This document shows, one piece after another, positions 52,559 to 60,000 of a stretch of DNA of 64,000 nucleotides. Numbering within the stretch: position 1 is the stretch's first letter; each line of letters opens with the position of its first letter. The notes below the pieces were generated by a model that did not search any database, was not told the origin of the DNA, and saw only the letters and a list, made by a program, of their open reading frames with translations. Made by a program: the position numbers and the translations under genes. The stretch lies in the NCBI GenBank assembly GCA_964561455.1, contig CAZLPS010000009.1, forward strand, positions 13,380-77,379, written 5' to 3'. The stretch comes from an uncultured Opitutales bacterium (GTDB taxonomy: Bacteria > Verrucomicrobiota > Verrucomicrobiia > Opitutales > JABDGR01).

Positions 52559-53644
52559 ATGATCCTCCGCCGCCTCCATGCCCAAAACTTCCGCAACCTC
52601 GCCCTCGTCCGGCTGGAATTTCACGGCGGGCGGACATTTTTTGCCGGCCCCAATGGACAAGGAAAGACCAACGTGCTGGAAGCCGCCGGGTTGCTTGGCG
52701 CGCTGCGCTCGTTTCGCGGCGCGGAGCCGCGCGATTTAATTCAGCACGGCGCCACCGCGGCGCGCGTGTGGTGCGAACTGGAGCATGAGCGCGAGGGTGC
52801 AGTCGAAGTGGAGATTGGGATCCGGCCCAGGCAGCGCGAAGTGGCCATCAACGGCGGCAAGTGCGCGCGCCTCGCGGAATTTCTCGGTCGCTTTCCCGTG
52901 GTGGCGCTCTCCTCTCACGACTTGCAGTTGTTGCGCGGCGCGCCGCCGTTGCGGCGGCGCGCCCTGGATCTCGCGATTTCCTCCCTGGATGAAAGTTACT
53001 TCACGGCCCTGCGCCGCTATCTCGCCGCGCTGGATCAACGCAATGCCCTGTTGCGCGGTTCGCGATCTCCCGCCGTCGCGGAATTGGCCGCGTTTGAAGC
53101 CCAAATGGCGCCCGACGCCGAAACCCTCGTCTCCTTGCGCTCGGCGGCGTGTGCGGATTTGGGTGCGCATCTCACCACCGCCTACGATCGGCTGACGGGC
53201 GGGGCGCCGGAGTCGCCCGGGTTGGCGTACCTGCCCGATTCAACGGCGCAGGCCGTCGCAGATTGGCGCGCGTTATGGGAGGAATCCCGCCCGCGCGACA
53301 GGGTGATGCGCACCACCTTGCACGGGCCCCACCGGGATGATTTCGCCTTCAAACTGGAAAGCCGGGGCGCGAAGAGCTTCGGTTCCGAGGGCCAACAGCG
53401 TGGATTGGTGGTGTCATGGCGCCTCGCCCAAGCTGCGTGGCTGCGGGCCCGGACGGGCATTGCGCCCATTATTCTGGCCGATGACGTGCTCGGCGAGCTG
53501 GATCCCGCGCGCCGCGCTGGCTTCTGGCGCGCGGCGGCAGATGCCGCGCAAGTCCTCGCCTCGGGCACCACCGTCCCCGCAGGGAATGGGGCGGGATGGG
53601 AGGTGTGGAACGTAAACAAGGGGGAGTTTTCCCGCCAATTTTGA
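52559..53644 (+). CDS. recF: DNA replication and repair protein RecF
   Basis: The ATG at 52559 gives MILRRLHAQNFRNLALVRLEF ... FAGPNGQGKTNVLEA (Walker A). The sequence GPHRDDF, the signature-like GSEGQQRGLV and Walker B ILADDVLGELD are all present. Confidence 0.88.
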   Translation: MILRRLHAQNFRNLALVRLEFHGGRTFFAGPNGQGKTNVLEAAGLLGALRSFRGAEPRDLIQHGATAARVWCELEHEREGAVEVEIGIRPRQREVAINGGKCARLAEFLGRFPVVALSSHDLQLLRGAPPLRRRALDLAISSLDESYFTALRRYLAALDQRNALLRGSRSPAVAELAAFEAQMAPDAETLVSLRSAACADLGAHLTTAYDRLTGGAPESPGLAYLPDSTAQAVADWRALWEESRPRDRVMRTTLHGPHRDDFAFKLESRGAKSFGSEGQQRGLVVSWRLAQAAWLRARTGIAPIILADDVLGELDPARRAGFWRAAADAAQVLASGTTVPAGNGAGWEVWNVNKGEFSRQF

Positions 53645-53750
53645 AACAAGGAGGAGACGGAGAACGCGGAGAGGAAGAGTTTACAGTTTACGGTTTACCG
53701 TTTACAGTTTCCACCGTGTACTCGGTGTCCTCCGTGTTTCAAAACTTTTT
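53643..53750 (+). terminator. Composite nested heptamer-repeat hairpin followed by T7; candidate recF terminator
   Basis: The outer arms are gaaacaaggaggagacggagaacgcggag and caccgtgtactcggtgtcctccgtgtttc. They enclose tttacag tttacgg tttaccg tttacag. The sequence aaaacttttttt follows, directly before the ruvC ATG. Confidence 0.45.
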
Positions 53751-53752
53751 TT

Positions 53753-54349
53753 ATGTCCCGTTCCCGTCGTGCATTATGGACCGCCAAGGTGCTGGGCAAA
53801 TTGTCGCCCCGGCCGGGCGCAACCGACGACGAGCTGGCGGAAGCGCAATTTGGGCGGGTGGGGCAGCGGGCCTTTCTCGGCGTGGTGCTCGGGATTGACC
53901 CCAGTCTGCGCGGTACCGGCCTCGCCCTGGTGGAATTTTTGCCGGAGGGCGCGAAATTGCGGTACAGCCGCACCGTGACGATGCCCGCGACGGCGCCGTT
54001 CGCTTCCTGCCTCGCGGAAATCTTTCGGGCGGTGCAGGAGACCATGGCGCGCGGCCACGTGAAGCACGTCGCAATTGAAGAGACGATTTTTGTGCAAAAC
54101 CGCAAGGCGGTGCACATTCTCGGCGCGGCGCGCGGCGCGGCAATTGCCGCAGCCGCGGTCACCGGAGTCGGGGTTTTTGAATACGCGCCCCTCAGGATCA
54201 AACAGGCCGTGGTGGGCTTTGGCCGGGCCAGCAAACCGCAGGTTGGCGGAATGGTGATCCAGCACTTGCAATTAAAAACGGCGCTCCCCGCCGATGAATC
54301 CGATGCCGCCGCCACTGCGCTCTGTCATGCGTTTACGTGGCGGGGATGA
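53753..54349 (+). CDS. ruvC: Crossover junction endodeoxyribonuclease RuvC
   Basis: The sequences VLGIDPSLRGTGLALVE, VAIEETIF, YAPLRIKQAVVGFGRASKPQV and ADESDAAATALCHA match RuvC. The true start may be the GTG at 53882, which would remove an atypical roughly 43-aa N-terminal extension. Confidence 0.88.
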   Translation: MSRSRRALWTAKVLGKLSPRPGATDDELAEAQFGRVGQRAFLGVVLGIDPSLRGTGLALVEFLPEGAKLRYSRTVTMPATAPFASCLAEIFRAVQETMARGHVKHVAIEETIFVQNRKAVHILGAARGAAIAAAAVTGVGVFEYAPLRIKQAVVGFGRASKPQVGGMVIQHLQLKTALPADESDAAATALCHAFTWRG

Positions 54350-54682
54350 GGTGACATCGGGGTGGGCACGGGGTTGGGCGGAATACCATGGCTGGTGCCT
54401 GCGAAGCGGATGGCTTGGAGGAATTGCGCGAGGCCCGCGGGGCGGAATTACCTTGCCCGTCGGCGGCCCAACCGTGGAAGATTGCGCCATCTCCACCCGG
54501 GCCAGATCTTCCTCGCCCGCCTTACTGGAAGAATTGACAACTAACCCCGTTTTCGGGCCCGCCAAACCCGTTCACGGTTCTGACCTGCGCGCCCTGATCG
54601 AGCGCGCCTGGGTGCGGAAGGCGCCGTTGTACGGCACGCAACCGCAATCGTCGGCGGAGGCCGGTTGATTTTTTGCGGGGCT

Positions 54683-54819
54683 CACGCGAAGCCGCGAAGT
54701 GGCGAAGATTAAAATCGCCCACGAACCAACCCGAATGACCTTGGCCAATCAAGAACCCCAATTCATACGCTTTCGTGCTCAAAATCCTTCGCGTTTTCGC
54801 GCCTTCGCGTGCGCCCTCC
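54683..54819. repeat. Inverted pair of GCGAAG-flavour heptamer arrays
   Basis: The left array reads cacgcga agccgcg aagtggc gaagatt. The right array reads tccttcg cgttttc gcgcctt cgcgtgc. Confidence 0.55.
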
Positions 54820-54858
54820 GGTTCGGTGTCCGGGCCAGAATGATCAAAGCGTAAAAAG

Positions 54859-54891
54859 TGCTCGGGAAGGGACTTGAACCCATCTGCCACC
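54859..54891 (-). other. tRNA 3'-end-like fragment (candidate att remnant at an island boundary)
   Basis: The minus strand reads GGTGGCAG ATGGG TTCAAGT CCCTT CCCGAGC A. This is a T-arm with a canonical GTTCAAGTC loop (one stem mismatch) plus a 7-nt acceptor 3' strand and a discriminator base. No matching 5' acceptor strand (GCTCGGG) or D or anticodon arms lie upstream. Confidence 0.35.
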
Positions 54892-55148
54892 GCGAAGCTA
54901 AGTTGCTCATTAACGCGGACTTAGTTGATTGTGAATGGATTAGAACTGGAAGCAAGATACACCTAGTTGCAAGAAAGATAAACAAAATTCATTGATTCTG
55001 GCAACCTCTTGGCAACCTCTATTCGAAAATTGGAAACGCTCGAATTGGAATATCTAAATCAGTATAACAAGGGCTGGACGAGACCGGGGTAGGTATTCAA
55101 GCTAATCGAGCATGCAAGAGAAGTCTAATCGAGCACCTAGAAGCGGGG

Positions 55149-56438
55149 TTGCCCATTTTCTTCAAGAATGGGGTGCGCTTATCTGAGGGAGTGAAGTATA
55201 TAGTTCCCCAAATTACCGAACTAAGTAGCCTTATGCCAAACGACGCGACAACTCCAGCAACCGGGGAGCCGAAAATGACTGCGCCTCCCGCTCCGCAATG
55301 CCCTCCGGCAACGGAAATAGCTTTGGCTTTTCCAATTAACAAGAAGCGATTTGCTATCGCGTGCATTATTTTTGCCAATTTATTTGTTGCAGCTATGGCA
55401 GTTGCTATCGGCATGGGTGTATGGGGCGGAGAAGGATATTGGCATGATATTGTGCGTCGCGCATGGCACAGCATGCAAGAGTTTGGAGATGCCGCTGGAT
55501 TGCCGAGGACTGTCATGAGTATTTTTCTATACTTTGCCCTGAATATACTCCTCGTCCATTTGATTAGAGGGAGAAGTTCCGCGCGCGAAAAACTTTTAGA
55601 TACTTTTGTTGGGCTTATAACTTCCATTTCCTTTTTAGCCGTGGTATTCTTGGTCATTATTATTTTCATCGCTCCGTCTGAGATGTACAAAGAAAGCCGA
55701 ATAGAGAAAGCAACGCTATTGACCGAAAACTTACATACAAAGGCCGACCTATTAATTGTTACAAATGATAACGGAAATTTGACGGCTGAAAATAAAACCA
55801 TCAACGACAGGCTAAGCACCGTCGCATTAGCTTCCGGCATTAATCCGAATGGTGGTCTTAGTGAAAAGATAGATGTTTTTATTGCAGATTTTCAACAAAC
55901 AATAAAAGACCTCCAACAAAACAAGCAAGCCGTTCTCGGGCTACAGGATGAATTAAAAAAATCCGAGATTCCAATTGGCGCACAGTCAATTGCGGCAATA
56001 ACAGTAACTTGCGAAATATCGTATGTTTCAACGGAAGCAAAGAATGCAAATTATTCTCTTTTTACAGGATTGATGTGTTTCGGGCGAGGGGACATCGGGT
56101 TAATTATGGCCAAAGCCACGTCCATATCTTCCACAAGCGACGGCAAGGGCCATATAATTATAAGGGCTACTGGGGCTATGGCCGACGATGATAGTTTTTC
56201 AGGTAATCCGATTTCCAGCCTTGCGAGCAGCGAATACATTGAGATTATATTTGATAAGGCGATTTTGGCGGAGAATACCCCTATATTGGGCGGCCATATA
56301 ACATGGGTCGTAAATAAGGAGCATGTTTTCAGGTTCGATATCCCGGCGCAAGTCGCAAGCAAATCCGCGATTCCAGATGCTGTATTTGTTAAAATAAAAA
56401 ACCTGTCCGATGGGTTTAAATCATTAAATCAAAAGTAG
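55149..56438 (+). CDS. Orphan AT-rich membrane protein (three TM helices, coiled-coil-like linker, beta-rich C-terminal domain)
   Basis: This is the longest ORF in a visibly AT-richer segment. The TM helices are FAIACIIFANLFVAAMAVAIGMGVW, VMSIFLYFALNILLVHLI and LITSISFLAVVFLVIIIFIA. The likelier start is the ATG at 55275, which has GGGGAG 7 nt upstream. No family was recognised. Confidence 0.6.
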   Translation: MPIFFKNGVRLSEGVKYIVPQITELSSLMPNDATTPATGEPKMTAPPAPQCPPATEIALAFPINKKRFAIACIIFANLFVAAMAVAIGMGVWGGEGYWHDIVRRAWHSMQEFGDAAGLPRTVMSIFLYFALNILLVHLIRGRSSAREKLLDTFVGLITSISFLAVVFLVIIIFIAPSEMYKESRIEKATLLTENLHTKADLLIVTNDNGNLTAENKTINDRLSTVALASGINPNGGLSEKIDVFIADFQQTIKDLQQNKQAVLGLQDELKKSEIPIGAQSIAAITVTCEISYVSTEAKNANYSLFTGLMCFGRGDIGLIMAKATSISSTSDGKGHIIIRATGAMADDDSFSGNPISSLASSEYIEIIFDKAILAENTPILGGHITWVVNKEHVFRFDIPAQVASKSAIPDAVFVKIKNLSDGFKSLNQK

Positions 56439-57037
56439 GGCAACGCACCTAAAACACGCCAAAGAAAACAACAATTTCGCGGAATTTATTGAACTTTGCA
56501 AGAAAACCCATCCTCACGCCATCCAGCGGCACTTTCATGCCGTGGTTAATTTGTTACTGGCTCGTTATCGTTGGTCGCTTAACGGACATTGAAGTTTCCG
56601 GGCAAAATGCTTGAAATGGGACGACCGCCTCCGCCCCCTCCTTATGGGCTCGTACAGGATTGCCACAATGAACACAAGTAAACGGGGTCTTAAAATCCTT
56701 TCCTTTGTATTGGCTACGAATTTCGAGAGCATTGGCAATGCCGATACGTTCGCCTTGGTAGATAACTCCGCCCATAGATCTTATTTAACTCCTCGCCACC
56801 ATCGCGCCCTACCCACCCAGCTTGCCCGGAGCGCTCGCAACTGCGCTGGTACCTCACTGCCTGGCCAGATGCGTGACGGCCGGGCTCCGGGGGTGACTTG
56901 GCGGATCATTACCAGCGTAGCGGGTGGGACATAGCATTTTGGGAGTATCCCTATTGCGCGCAGTCCATTTTTACTTTGTCAGGTAGAGATATTTCTGGTA
57001 ACGGATTCACGACGAAAATGGATCAGGAACCCCCACG

Positions 57038-60000
57038 TTGAAATTTTTTGCCCCATCTGATGCTCGGATGTCGCCTGTTTTTTTGCCAGCGACAATGCGG
57101 TGCTTTGTGGTTTTTCTGGTTTTGCTGATGGGGATTGGTTTTCAAAATACTGGACGCGGCGCAACCTTTGACGGCAACGGGTTCCTGCAAATTCCCGACA
57201 GCACCGGTTCGCTGAGTTGGAATGGGACCAATAATGCGCTCACCGTTATGTGTTGGGTAAAACTTTCCTTCCCGTCCAACATTACCCTTACCAGCAGCGA
57301 CCGCATGGTAGTGATCGTGAATCGCCAGACCGGCAGCGCTACGAGCAATACGTATGCTTTTCTAATCCAGTTTAACGCTTCGACCGGGAACTTGGAATTT
57401 CAAACCCGGGGCAGTACTGCAACCTCGACGCCGCTTACCCTCGTCACTCGTCCTTTCCTGGATCGGTGGTATCATGTGGCCATTGTGCGGGCGGGAAATG
57501 TCATTCAGGCCTATGTAGACGGCGAGCCGGTTTCCCCGACAGTTGACGCATCATCATTGGGGAACCCCTCGAACACGGACGGTGTTTCGGTTGGCGGCTG
57601 GACCGGTAGCCGAAACCTAGTGGGCGAAGTGGAAGAAGTGCGCATTTTTCAAACTGCATTGAATCAAGGCGATATTCAGCAAGTCATGTTTGAGGATTTG
57701 GTTCCTTCCGATTGGCCGCCCCTCACCGGGTATTTCAAGTTTGGCCCGGCCACTGCTCAAAGCGATAGCCTAAAAAACTATGCCCTAGCTCCGGCGGCCG
57801 GGACCGATAGCGCATCCATTTCCGGTTCGGGAGTTACCTTCCCCCAAGTGGATCAGGCAGGCGAACAATCGCTCTTTGACTCCCACCGGAATGGCGGGCG
57901 CGACGCCGTCGCTCCTTTGTCGGGCGCTTTTACCTGGCAACACACTCTTTTTTCCCGCCCAACCAAAGGGGTGGGGTTTGATTTTACCATTGGCTATTCC
58001 AGCGCGCTTTCTTTCAACGATGCCAATCCATTCCTCGTCACTCCACTCGGCCATGGTTGGCGGCACAGCTTGGAGGCGCGTGTCATCCTGCCGGATTTAA
58101 TCCAGGGCTTTAGCACGCTCATTTTGAGCACGTGGGACGGCGATTTGATCGTTTGGGACCTGGATGAGACCAATCTAAATTCCACCAGCTATTTGGCGCG
58201 CGACGGCCAGTATCATGGGGAACTGCAATTCGAGGGCAGTAACCCCGGTGCCTCCAGCGCCATTCTGGACTGGATAACCCCCGATCGCCAGATTTACCGT
58301 TTTCACACTCCTTTTGCCGGCTCTCCAACCACGCTGCGCGGTCGATTGCTCAACATTGGAGATTATGCCGGAAACAAGATCACCATCAGCCGCTTTACCA
58401 CTGGAACCTTGTCCGGCGAAATTAACACCGTGACCGACTCGGCTGGCAGCACCTACCAATTCACCTACAATGCCAGCTCGCAATTGACCAAAATCGCCCT
58501 CAATGGCACATCCTGGGCATGGACTTTTACCTACGGCCTTTTCAATTCCGGCTCGCCAGCCGACAATCTGCTTACCAGCGTCGCGACCACTGGGCCGTCA
58601 TCCGTCTCGCCAGTGGCGACCACTTGGAGTTTTGACTACCAAGCGGAGAATAATGCCTGGTTGATCAAAACCATTCAAGATCCTCTCGGAGCGAGTAACA
58701 ACCGTCCGGCAAAACTCATCAACGTTACCTACGATACATATGGCCGGAAAACCACGGTTGACGACGCCCTCAATCGGCAAACAGCCTTTCAGTATAACCT
58801 GCCAGCGACCCGCCAGGTGACGACAACCGATGCGCGAGCCAATACCTGGATCACTACCTATGACCGCCGACTCAATGTCACCGCTGCCGCTGATCCCTAC
58901 GGCAACACCACTGCTTACGTTTATGATGGGGCCGGCAATCCTACTCAAATAACAGATCCCCTTGGGAACATCACGCATCACACCTATGACGCCCGGAGTA
59001 ATGTCTTGTCCACGACCGATGCTCTCAATTTCACGAACTTCGCCACCTATCCCGACAATTTGCCTGCCAATGCGCCTTTCCTGAATAGTCCCTTGACCAC
59101 CACCGACGCCACTAGTTGGGTGCAAACCTATGTTTACGATTCTGCAAATGGTAAACTCCTTCGACAGTTTGATGGCTTGGGCAATTTAGCCATTTACACC
59201 TACACGACCACCGGTTTGGTGCAAAACGTGACGGATGCCAATGGCAACGTAACCTCGTTTGCCTACTCTCCGGAGGGCTTTCTCGCTTCTCGGCTCGACC
59301 CGGGCCAATCTACGGCCGCGACTTTCACCCATACAGATTTCGGCTGGCTGGCCACGACCACCAACCCGCTGGGTGAAGTTACCCAGAGTTTTTACGATGT
59401 AAATGGCAACTCGGTGAGCGTGATTGATGCCCTGCAACGCAACCACGTCCGCGTCTTTGACCTCAACAGCAACCTCATCGAAGACGACGACTTCAAGAGC
59501 CAACGCACCACTTATACCTATGACGATGCCAATGAGCGAATAGGCATGGTCACTCGCGACGGGCAGCACTGGTCATACCAATACAGCCCCACGGGCAAAC
59601 TCGCTCAAACCACCGTGCCCTCCACTTCGCCAGACACGCCGGACATCATCAATACCTATGACAATGCCGACCGCCTCGTAAAAGTCGCGCAGACCACTAG
59701 TTCCACTGAATACAGTGTGCAAACCGTTTACGACGCCGCCGGCAATCCGACGACGACCATTGACCGAAACGGCCAGGAATGGGTTAAGACTTACGATGCC
59801 CTAAATCGGGTCCGCACGGAAAAAGATCCCCAGGGGAACCAAGTGACTCGAACTTACGACGCCAACGGGCGCATCGCCGATATCATCTCCCCCACGGGCA
59901 ACACCCAGCACCACCTTTACGATAACCGTGGCCGGTTGCACACCTGGCAGGATGGCGAGGGTGGCGTTTGGACCTATGCCTACGACGGCAACGGCAATAT

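Noticed and set aside
54294-54668. A 124-aa plus-strand ORF overlapping the ruvC 3' end and extending into the noncoding region, plus the minus-strand ORFs 54272-54565, 54522-54890 and 54779-54985.
   Set aside because: They are Arg/Gly/Pro-rich with no motifs, and they overlap ruvC or the heptamer and tRNA-fragment region. There is no start context. They were checked as possible integrase remnants, and no R..HxxR..Y-type pattern was seen.
56554-56775. A 73-aa minus-strand ORF (…FTCVHCGNPVRAHKEG…) between the orphan gene and the RHS gene, possibly a zinc-ribbon or CoiA-like N-terminal fragment.
   Set aside because: Only one CxxC pair is present and there is no second metal-binding pair. There is no RBS, and it ends without a recognisable domain. 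It may be a gene remnant, but I cannot support it as a feature.
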